Assembly (NCBI GenBank): GCA_003693705.1
Contig: RBZT01000588.1
Coordinates: 145,256 to 209,255, forward strand
DNA: 64,000 nt
Direction: 5' to 3'
DNA from: Polymyxa betae A26-41
Taxonomy: Eukaryota; Protista; Endomyxa: Phytomyxea
Shown here piece after piece: positions 12,725 to 23,324 of this stretch. Position numbers and translations under genes: made by a program. Every line of letters begins with the position of its first letter. The first letter of the stretch is position 1. Under the pieces are notes generated by a model. It saw only the letters and a list, made by a program, of their open reading frames with translations. It ran no database searches and had not been told where the DNA came from.

Positions 12725-13371
12725 GATATCAGTTACTTAGATATACGACTATAGACGATATGAGTAATACAACCACCAAACCTCACCAGAGCACCTTGTC
12801 TGAAACGTAACCGAGAGTTCACGCACTCTCTGTCTGTATTTCGATCGTTTTCTGAGATTCAGAAAGCACAGATTTCGATATGTTTCAGCGATCAAATCCC
12901 ATGGTTAATGCTTGGATGGAATCAAACAACGCATGAATCTAGTCGGTTACACCAGTAACTGTATTCTGGGCTTCGGATGGTGCCGGTAATTGTGTATAGC
13001 TTTACGTGCACATCCGGAGCGTTATGACTGTTGAACGTCAATCGACGACCTATAGCAGATCCAAAATTGATACCCAAAAGCATGGACAAGGAAGCTTTTT
13101 AGTTACCAGCATCTTGTATTTCTATGTAAACTGCCAAATCTTGCACGTTTCTTGCTACCAGAAGTATAAACCCAACGTTATTCCTTCGAAAGCACTTCAT
13201 ACGTTGGTGTAAATGAGACTGTCCAGACGATTAGCAATGTGTTGTGAGGAATTTCCGATCATGAATCTAACTGCCGGTGCCATCCAGTTCGGGTCGCATC
13301 ATTTGTCTATATCACCGACCTCCCTTTCATCATCCTGAACTCCTTTCAGTCTCTTTCGCTCTCGTTTTACC

Positions 13372-13665
13372 ATGAATACCAGCCGGCCTCACATTTTATC
13401 GCTGTACAAACGCATTATCAGACTAGGCAGCAAGTTTCCAAGTATCAAGCGCGACTCGATACTGGCCAGCATCAAAGAAGGTTCCAATGTTAACCGAATC
13501 GCGTCATGTCCTTATTTGTTTACAGAATTTAAGAGTAATCGTAATGAAAAAGACCCCAAGAAAATTTCCCAGCAGGTAGCTGTTGCAGAAGATGGCATAC
13601 AGAAACTGAAGATGTATGTTGATACAGCAGCTGGAGCTGGTAATTTCCAGATCGACTTGAAATAA
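13372..13665 (+). CDS. LYR-motif (Complex1_LYR) protein
   Basis: ILSLYKRIIR...IKE-EFKSNRNEKDPKKI with one intron. Confidence 0.85.
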   Translation: MNTSRPHILSLYKRIIRLGSKFPSIKRDSILASIKEGSNVNRIASCPYLFTEFKSNRNEKDPKKISQQVAVAEDGIQKLKMYVDTAAGAGNFQIDLK

Positions 13666-13739
13666 ATTAATAATTCGCTGTGAAGAGCACCAAATGATTA
13701 GGTCATGATGATCATCGTATCGTCTCAGAATAGTGAATC

Positions 13740-15738
13740 ATGCTGCTAAGCCGAGCCAAGCCGACGTCTCCAAATTCAGGGCGGCCCGGAACTGGCCCTA
13801 GCGGCGCCAAGCCCAAAGATAAACGCCCGACTCTCGAGTCGTTCCTCTCTGCTCGCGATTTTTCCGGGGCAGCTGCGTTGGCTGAATTCTTGGTCCAATC
13901 AGGTGATTCTGAACCGACTTGCGGCACGTTAGCCGAGAAGCAAGCCTGGCTGGCCTATATTTACTTTCATCTGCATGATTTCATCAAAGTGTAACCGTTT
14001 CTGAGTTTGTAGGAGAATTCTGATTGAAAAATAGAGCCAATCGTATTATAAAACGCTCCTGAAAGACTCTTCATCCAATGCCATGTTCAAACTGTATGCT
14101 AGCGCCTGCCAGTTTTACTTAGGAAACTTTGACAAAGCTGTTGAACTCGCGTTATCGGGGCCTGAGTCCAGTCTACAATACCGACTGCTATTTCATTGTG
14201 CTCATAAGCTTTCTGATGAAAAAATGTTAGTCGAAAATCATGCCAAGCTGACAGGTAAGCACTACCGATAGGCTCTTCCTGTCCTCTAATCTCCTGCAGC
14301 TAACATAGAAGACCAGCTTGCTTTGGCAGCGATCCATTTTCTTAGAGGCCATTACCAAGAAGCTATCGAAATCTACAAACGCCAGTTGCTTGAGCACCGC
14401 GAATATTTAGCAATTCATATTTACATTGCTATTTGTTATTACAAGCTCGACTATTATGATGTAAGATAGAATGCTCAAGCCTCTGTTTGTATACTCAGTA
14501 ACTGTCTAGGTTGCTTTAGAAATTCTCGGCCCTTACATGACTGCAAACCCTGACTCCTCAATAGCTTTGAACCTGAAAGCATGTTCACACTTCCGCTTAT
14601 GCGATGGAAAAGCAGCGATTCAGCAATTACAACCGTATTTTGAAAAAGCCCAGACATCAGCAACAATTCAGAACACGTTCAGCGCCCATACGTTAATCAA
14701 TCACAATTTAGTTGTTTTCCGTGCTGGCGAAAATGCTCTGAAAGTGCTACCTCCCATGGTCGATATAGTCCCTGAAGCTCGGCTGAACCTGTGTGTTTAT
14801 TATTTGAAAGTCGGAGATACACATGAAGCCTACAAATTAATGAAGGATTTTGAACCGACAACCCCTCAAGAGTAAGACGGCTCTTGGGTTCCATATAGCT
14901 GCCCTGCTGAAATTCGTGCAATTAGATACATTTTGAAAGGTGTTGCTCAGGCTGCTTTTGGTCAGGCAGCTCAGTCGACTGAAGATCTTCAGCTAGCGCA
15001 GCAATACTTCCAGCTGATTGGTGAATCGGATTCCGAACGGGACACGATCCCTGGTCGGCAAGCAATGGCGTCCTGTTATTTCTTATTACAACAGTGGGAC
15101 GACGTCATTGTTTACTTATCGAGCATTAGCGAGTATTTCAAGACTGATGATAGGTTTGTGTTTGTGTGCCGATTCGGTGATTAATCTCATTTTATGAAGG
15201 TTCAATTGGAATTATGGGTTAGCTTTGGCTAAGGCTGGTCGATGGATGGAAGCGGCCCAATCGTTTGCAAACATTCAGAATCCGGTAGATCAATCGACAT
15301 TTGCTTGTGTCTAAATTGTTCAAGTATCCACAGGCTCGACGAAAGCAATACGATTTCATCGCTTGGTCTGCCCGCATCTATATCAATACAGGACTGTCTA
15401 CCCAGGCCTGGGAGCTCTACCTCGAAATGGAAACAACGACGAATTCCTTCAATCTGCTTTTATTGATTGCCAATGAATGCTACCGCACTCAAGCCTATTA
15501 TTACGCTGCCAAAGCATTCGACGTGCTTTGGAAATTGGATCCCATTGCTGAATACTGGGAAGGCAAGCGCGGCGCTTGTTGCGGCGTTCTGCAGCAGATG
15601 ATTCAAGGCAAAGAGAAGCGCTCGCATCTGGCCGAGATCATCAACCTTTTGAAAAGCAACAATGCTACACCTCAGGCCCAATTTATTGCCCGAGTCATGA
15701 ATAAGTTCTGGCTCGAAACCAGCGAATACGATATCTAG
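13740..15738 (+). CDS. IFT56: Intraflagellar transport protein IFT56 (TTC26/DYF-13)
   Basis: MLLSRAKP start, [54 protein letters not shown]. Confidence 0.95.
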
Positions 15739-15926
15739 ATAATAAACTTGGAAAATTGTGCACATGCAGCAAATTCATATCTTAACTCCATGGCGCGATA
15801 CTAGCCGGTTTATTGATGGTCTACTCTCCTGCAGCAAATCAGAGAGTCCAGACACTTCCATTTATGCATGATGGAGGGAATCCCTATCTAAAAAGTCGCG
15901 GTCCATATCGCACTTCGTCTGATGGG

Positions 15927-16738
15927 ATGCAAAAAGGGAGACCGGATCGAGGTCGGGGGCGCGGCGGAGGTCAGGGTCAGCGGGCCAAAGGCGTGACACT
16001 TCGCGAGCATCGTGCCCGTAAACAGCACCATCGACCAGCCCAGTTGTTCCCCGATCTAGATGAAGATCAAGACGACATTCGACAGCGCTTCGCTCGTCGC
16101 CAGCTGAAACCAGGCCCAACAAGGTCGCTTTCAATTGAGGAAGAGGGCGGAGCCGGTACTGCCGTTGACAGAATCGCACTGAGAGAACAGACCCGACGAC
16201 TTCTAACAGAAACTCGTTTGTGCTAATTGGTATTTTCGGATTAGCGATCTGAATATTCGTTATAGCCGAAGAATGGGATGGCCTTATTCAGCAGGCATTC
16301 GATCATATCGCTGCCGACCAGGCGTTGTTGGCTGAATCGCTGCAGTCGTTATTCGCCCTCGATCTCAACGAGCTTGCTGATTCATTGGGTTCCCTTCCCA
16401 ATCATGTTTATTTGAAACTTCCCGGTGACTATGATGACACTGAAAATAATGTTGACGTTGCAGCTCTTGATGATGATTCTTCTCAATCCCGCGTTGTCAT
16501 TGAGACGGAAGCTACGGCCAGTGCTTCCGCTACTGAAGTCGTGCCTACAAGTGAACCATCCCAGGCGGCAGCTGTTCCCCTTGTTAGTGCTCCCTTGCCT
16601 GCGACGCACGATTCAGATCAGGAACTGGATGATTTGCTGGAATTAGCAAACCGAGATGTTGCTGATAGATCTCTGCAATCCCAAGCTATTGCCGGCGATT
16701 CCGATTCCGAAATTGATCGTCTTCTGGATGATTTATAA
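15927..16738 (+). CDS. Aven-like protein
   Basis: N-terminal RGG box, FARRQL motif, LDLNELADSLGSLPNHVYLKL segment and terminal EIDRLLDDL resemble Aven conserved blocks. Confidence 0.55.
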
Positions 16739-17060
16739 AGCGTACGTGACTGGCGGAAAGTTTCTTGGAATCTGTGTCATAAAAATGTAAAATTTGCAGG
16801 GAACGCTTTGTCTGGCGATGGTATGTCACTTAGGAAGTTTTCGCTCCTACATGTAAGCAATGCTGCGAATTGCAATGTTTGAGGTCGAACATCAGTAAAA
16901 CCGAAGAGATTCATCGTGAATGCAACCTGAACCAATTCTTGTTGATTCGTCTAAGAAATATAACCGAATAAAGCGTCGAAGGTTTGAGTCACTATTTTAG
17001 ATGTTACAACTTCCGGTTTCCTCGTGAACCTCAAATCCAAATAATCAGTGAAGTATCTAG

Positions 17061-20000
17061 ATGCCTCCTGGCTTTAGCAATGGAGCGGGTGCTTCATCCT
17101 CTCGGCCCCGCCGACGTCGTCGATTGCGAAATTACAACGATTCTTCACAAACTCAGCAGGCTCGATTCGGTAAGATACGCAAAATGCACATTCGTTTGCT
17201 CATTCGTCGCAGAGCAAACTTCTGATCAGCAACGCTTAAAAACAGGTCCATCTGCGTGGGAAAACGAACCGACGCAATCCAATCCTCCGAAAGAGCAAGA
17301 ATCTGCTCAACGGCAACCTGAAGCTTGGCAGAGCACAGCAAGAGATGATCCCAAAGATTCGAAACGTTCACTGGAAAAGAAACCTGCCCAAGAACCCCAG
17401 GTTGGACAGTCAAACGAAGCAGCGCCACAAGACCGTCAGATGAAGCGCTGGTGGCACTGGCCAGTGGACGACGGCAATGACATTGATATTGGTGACGATG
17501 AACCGGACCGGGAGAATGGCCGTCAAGCAGAGCCAATTCAACCTGAATCGGAGAGATCAGGAAAGGACGTGCCCAATTCAATGCCGGACAATCGTACGGG
17601 CGACAACATGGCGCCGGAGAACAATAGCAGCGACAGGGAACCGGCGATAGCCAACGGCACAGCCAAGCCGGCTCCAGCAGGCGATAATGATTGCAATGTA
17701 GTTGAGTCGGCGGAAGCATCGCCAGGCGCTCAAGATCATTCTAACGCCGGCGACAATCAGGGTAAGATCTACGAATGGCTTTTTTGCTGGCTGATACGTC
17801 GCAGATCAAACTCCCGATCAGCAAAGCATTTTCAGAAACGACCCTACACAGCTCAATCCTTCGAAAGAGCAAAAATCTGCCGAACGGCCATCCCGTGCCT
17901 GGCGGAGACCAGCATCAAACAATAAGCCTGTAGGCCCCGATCGTTCGCAGAGACAGACGCCTGTACAGGAATCACAGGTTGGGCAGTCAGTGCCTTCAAA
18001 TGAAATAGCGCCAGAGGAGCGTCCAAAGAAGCGATGGTGGCAGTGGTCTGACGATGACGACAATCCAGTTGATTTTGACGGCAACGATTTGGATTCCAAT
18101 CGGGACAGCTACCGACGAGACGATTCTAATGAACGTGGACCAGCAAAGGATGCCTCGGATAATTCAGATCGGCGATCCGTTCCTTTGAATCTATCAGGCA
18201 AAGACATTTCGGATGTAACGCCGGTGATTGACAAAATGACGCCGAAGAGTAACAACAGCAACGGCAAGGAATCGCCGACGACGACGATGAATGGTACTGT
18301 TGAACCGACTATAGCTGCAAGCGTCGAACGGCGAGCATCTCCACAGGGCATCGGAAATGATTCTGACGCCGTCGACAATCAAGGTCCAATGCAGATCTTT
18401 TGAATACTGTTCTGATTGTTAAAGTTTAATTACAGATCGGGCTGACCAAAAGTCATCTCCAGCAAGAGATGAACCTGCAAGCTTCACTCCTTCACAAGAT
18501 CAGGCTCCTGTACAGAAACCCCAAACTGGGCAGTCTGCAGTGTCAAACGAGGAAAAGCCACAAGACCGTCAGAATAAGGGCTGGTGGAATTGGTCGGCGG
18601 ATGACGACAACGACGCAGGTTCCAATCCGGACAACGACCGCCGTTCTAAGCCAGTTGAAGCTGAGCCAAAGACTAGCGCCCCAAATCCTCCGAATCTGCG
18701 AGCCGTGCCTGTGAATCCATCAGAAGACACCCCAGATGCAACGCCGGTGGATCTTTCTGAACACGATATGACCCCGGAAAATGTCAACAACGGCAAGAAA
18801 CCGACAACGGTCAATGGTACTACAAAGCCAGCTCTAGCAGGCGATGATGACCCAAATGTAATGGAGTCGACGGATCGCACGCAACGGGCACCGCAAAACG
18901 CTCAAGATCTTTCGAACGCCGGGGAAGGTCCGATTCAGTCCTTCAGAAACTTTATTTCTAACACTGAGGTTGATTATCAGATCAGGCGAAACCAGACTCA
19001 CCAGGTGGATTCAATCTATGGAATTTGTTCGGGGTGATTGCCGATGACGAAGACGATCAAGACGAACAACAGCCTCAAGCCGAGCGGAATCTGGGGTCTG
19101 ATGTCGCTGACGATGCCGGCAGCATTCCATCCCAGACAGGACCCGATCCTTCTCCTGTTGATGACGCTCCCCAGTCTAACGACAGCAACAACGCGATTGC
19201 CGATGACGAAGACGAGCAAGACAAACAACAGCCTCAAGCCGAGCGGAATCTGGGGTCTGATGTCGCTGACGATGCCGGCAGCATTCCATCCCAGACAGGA
19301 CCCCATCCTTCTCCTGTTGATAACGCTCCCCAGTCTAAAGACAGCAACAACGCGAGCCCTACCTGGGACCAAGACAATGATGATAATGATGATTCTGTAA
19401 ACGGTGGCCGCGCCCCTCCTGAAAGCCTTCCTTTCGCTCCAATAGCGCCCAGTTCGACTATCGACTCCGGTCGACGTCAGCAGCAGCCCAGATCTCGTCG
19501 TGACCGCCAGAGGCCTAAGAAGAAATGGAGCCAGCATCAGTGGATACCATTTGATTCGGAAGATGAACGAGCAGCGGATGCTGATGCCCCGGAATCGCCC
19601 CCAACCTCGAATGCACCACAAGCCAGCGACTCACCTATTGACCAATCTGATCAAGACAAGGCTTCTCCGAATCCAGATCGCAATCGGTCTCAAACTGGCA
19701 CCGCAATTCAGGATAATGGTAACTGCAAATGTCGTATCAATTATGGATGCAAATATCTCACCCAAAATTAGATGTAAGGGCGGCTTCTGATCACAATAAT
19801 CAACGACGAGATTTTGAGCAATCACGAGATCCAGCGAATGTAGACCCATCTAGCAATGCATCCCCGAGACAACCGATCATGGCGCCTTCCAATGACACGA
19901 CATCAATCGCACCCAGTGATCCATTCTCGAGAGATTCGATAGCGTCGACATCCGACTCCAGGCCATCGCCAGTCATCCGAGAACCTGAACGTCAGATCCC

Positions 20001-21046
20001 GGCTGACCGAGCACCACCGACACCAAACTCGGCCATGACCAATGATGTCGTTCTTCCCGATGCCAATCGGAGCTCAAACAGCTCTCGTTCTGGATCACTG
20101 TCTGCTAAACGTCGCTCGGTCTTGCCAGATACTGCCAGCCCGACTGATCCAAAGAGTGACCTTTCAGAACGTGCATCGAATCGAAGCTCGATAGCTTCTG
20201 CGCTGAACTCACCAGATCAGAGTGACGAATCTTCTCGTCTACCGCCAGGACCGGTTCAGGTCGGCATCTTATCCAACCGTTGGTCATCCATTAATTTTGT
20301 ACAGGTTCAGGATCGGCAACCAGAACGAAACTCGTCGTCTTCGTCGACTTCAAACGCCGGACCTGATCGAATCGCGTCTTCAACCAGTGCTGTAAGCGTT
20401 CGCGTATGTTTCGCTTCAATATCAAGTCACAGCATAATTAATCAAATTCTTGCTCAGTCGAATTCGTTGACAGTTGTGACTCCTAATGATCGCCTACAAT
20501 CGGTTCATTCTTCCAGTCTGCGAAAGGCTCGTAGGATGTTGTACATGATCGCCCATTCTTATTCTTTTATGTTAGGTTCCTGAACCGATACATCAAGCTG
20601 ATCGTGAAACACAACAAGCTCCAAATGCCAGCGCTCATGTTGTATGTACTGATAATAGTAATAACCCATGGACTCTAGCTAAAACATTCCAGGATGAAGA
20701 TATCAGAACAGTTGAATCAGCCATGCCAAAGTTAAACTCTCCAAAAAACAAGACGGAAACGAGTGTGAAGACCGGGTATCTCGTCAAAGGAGTGAATTCA
20801 AAAGAAACACAGCGAATGCACCGCAACGCTCATCCAAGCATTCAGAAGCTAAAGGAAATGAAAGCAGGGTCACGAGCCTGTCTTGCTGGAGGGCTTCATG
20901 AACTAGAACCATGCCATACGTCTGGCAGGGCACTAGCCTTCGCCATTGCGACGTTTCCGTTGAAGTGGATAATCAAGAACCCATTCAGGAGGTGCATGAA
21001 ATGCACTACCATTATCAAGGAGGAGGAAAACTCTAACAATTTCTGA
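17061..21046 (+). CDS. Large disordered Asp/Pro/Ser-rich repeat protein with WWxW motifs; possible C-terminal BRI3/LITAF-like Cys domain
   Basis: ATG 17061, then phase-1 introns link exons 17213-17761, 17805-18383, 18436-18927, 18981-; last exon ends CLAGGLH...AFAIATFP...RRCMKC. Joining the last exon needs a GC donor at 20527. Confidence 0.6.
17213..18927 (+). repeat. Three diverged exon-sized repeat modules
   Basis: Each exon carries PxQxxQxGQS, WWxWxxDD, MxPxxN and NGTxxP, and is flanked by phase-1 introns. Confidence 0.85.
19036..19353 (+). repeat. Near-perfect 159-bp (53-aa) in-frame tandem duplication
   Basis: IADDEDDQDEQQPQAERNLGSDVADDAGSIPSQTGP...NNA repeated; copies start at 19036 and 19195. 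Confidence 0.95.
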
Positions 21047-21651
21047 TCAAATACAAACCACAACGCCTAATAATGTCAGGAAACTTTGCTCAATGCTCTT
21101 TTAAACAGCGTCATTTTGTAAACACAACAGAGCTTACAAAAATTTTACAGAACCAAACAAATCAAGATTATCATAACTCCTTGAAATCTGTTGAAAAGCG
21201 ATGCCTTGGGACATCCATGAAAATTTTCAAGGTCTCATAACGAATTCAGTAGTGATCAAACTGATTCCCAAAGCCAATCTAGGGCCGCCTCGTACCATCA
21301 GCCCGAATAACAATGCATAATGTGGGAGAGATAGAACTGATTATATCATGGCAGAGCGCCTTGCATTTTGTGGTCGCCAGAACCTGGTAGCTAAATATCA
21401 CCTTGATAGTGAGAAAGGGATTGTGGAGCATGTGATTGGCAGCCAGGCGGCCGAAATAAGGCAGGGAGCCTGCTAAGCCGTCTCGCCAGGCTGTCAGGAG
21501 ACTTCCATCACCGAACGTCCATCACCGACCCCCCTAGACTGACAGCCTTCATTCTGATACTATTTGGTTGTAATAATCCGTTCGGGCACGCATTGCCGTT
21601 CAGGCCTCTCTAGCGTTCACAACAACCGATAGAGGCGCGTCGCTCCCTTCA

Positions 21652-23144
21652 ATGGACCAGACCACCCCCATGCAGCTTGATGATACCACAGCAGTCGACG
21701 TCTCGGCCACCGCCCGACCCACACCTGTCGATGGTGAGCGAAGCAGCTCTGACATGGTATCAGGGTCGTTAACTATCGATGCAGACCTCACCGATAGGAT
21801 ACAGCGGACTTTGACGCTATTGCAGAATTCAGAACGAATGAACTCGGTCCAGAAACAAATTCTTGTCAAGGTCTAGACTGCCTTGGGCTTGTTCCTAACC
21901 CGTTTGCTTACATAATGTGCAGTTGATTGAAACTGGTGATCCAGCGGTGCTGTCTTCGATAAATATCCGTTTTACTGACGACGAAATTGTGGCTGCCCTG
22001 GAGAAGATGGCACAGGCTCAATGTGCCGCTGACTACCTGGATTCAAACGTTGACATGGTGTTGTGTTATGAGGTCAAATGGACAGAGTTTCATTTGCTTC
22101 GTAGGCACTTCGCCGTATGTATCAGGCTGTCGATAATAAAAAGAAGCAAGCCGCTGCGAAGTCATCGCTCAGGCACATTCGCAAGATTATTGAAAAGGTG
22201 CATAAGACGCCGTCAGATATTAAGTCGCGGTCAGGAGCATCGTCTACTGAGTTTTCTGGGCTGACTTTTTTCAGGCGAGTTCTTGTGAGAAATTTCACAT
22301 TTAAAAAATTCGTATCCGATGTTCAGGGTGCTTTGGACCTCATGTCAGAAATCGGCTTTGCTGCAGTGAACGATGAATGCCTTGAGATGAGCGCTGATGT
22401 TGATCTTGAGTTTCTTGCTAGAACAATGGTTAAACTGGAGCAGTCCGCTTTGGTAATTGATGTTTCTCATTTTGATTGTTAATCTGAACAAGAACAGGAC
22501 ATGGATGCCGCTATATCCGATTCGACAACGGATTCTGGGCCTAGAAAACCTTGTTTTGGAAACTGTGGGTTTTTCGGCAATCCAGATACAGAAGGCTTCT
22601 GCTCGCTTTGCTACAGGTAGCTCTTTGAAGTAAAGTGTCTGAGCTAAAACTGGTTCAGGCAGAAGCTGGCTGGCAAAGACCCTATTGTTGAAAAATCCGA
22701 ATGTAGTACAGATGGATGTACTAATTTTGGCAATCCTGCCAAGGAGCGATACTGCAATAAATGTTGGCAAGAGCGCGAAGATAGGAAAAATGGTCAGTTG
22801 ACTCCACAAAAATCGCTATCAGTTATTGATAACTAGCAGCTGGATGGTCGAACCGTTCATGGTGGCCTGCTTTGCAAAGAGCAAAATTAAAGCTCTACGC
22901 CGTGTGGCTGTTTCGGCAAGGTAGTTCGAGCAGGCCAATTCAAAGCGATCTGAGGAAATGCTGGGTCTGTACAAGGAAGATCCCGCTGACGGCAATCGCC
23001 TGCCAATGTGGATATGTGTTCTGTTCAAAGCATCGATCAACTCTTGATCACGATTGCACCTACAATTTCCGTCGTGCACACAAGGTCCACTTGCATCAGT
23101 TAAATCCACAGATTCAGGGAAAGAAATTTGACAGACTCGACTGA
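21652..23144 (+). CDS. PUB domain + two A20 zinc fingers + AN1 zinc finger protein
   Basis: IRKIIEKVHKTPSDIKSR-RVLVRNFTFKKFV...GALDLMSEIGF (PUB); CFGNCGFFGNPDTEGFCSLCY and CSTDGCTNFGNPAKERYCNKCW (A20); CWVCTRKI...CQCGYVFCSKHR...HDC (AN1). Confidence 0.88.
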
Positions 23145-23324
23145 GCCATCAATAAATTTTACTTCGTTAAGTGGTATTTGCCATAATTACTTTTGGCGGT
23201 CGCGGCTTAATCTGGGGATGTGACCATGAATTGCTTACTCGGCATTTCTCATCCCATGTCAGCTGAGCTAAAGCTTTTTCTCTATTATTCCATATCAGAA
23301 TGGTCCAATTTTAAAGTGGCATTT

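Noticed and set aside
17153-19621. Long minus-strand ORFs over the repeat gene
   Set aside because: Antisense shadows; the splice signals and repeated peptide motifs support the plus strand
21300-21560. GC-rich intergenic segment possibly encoding a structured ncRNA; includes a short duplication of tccatcaccga
   Set aside because: I could not identify snRNA, SRP, RNase P or tRNA signatures by eye; it is more simply promoter sequence (an Rfam/Infernal scan would settle it)
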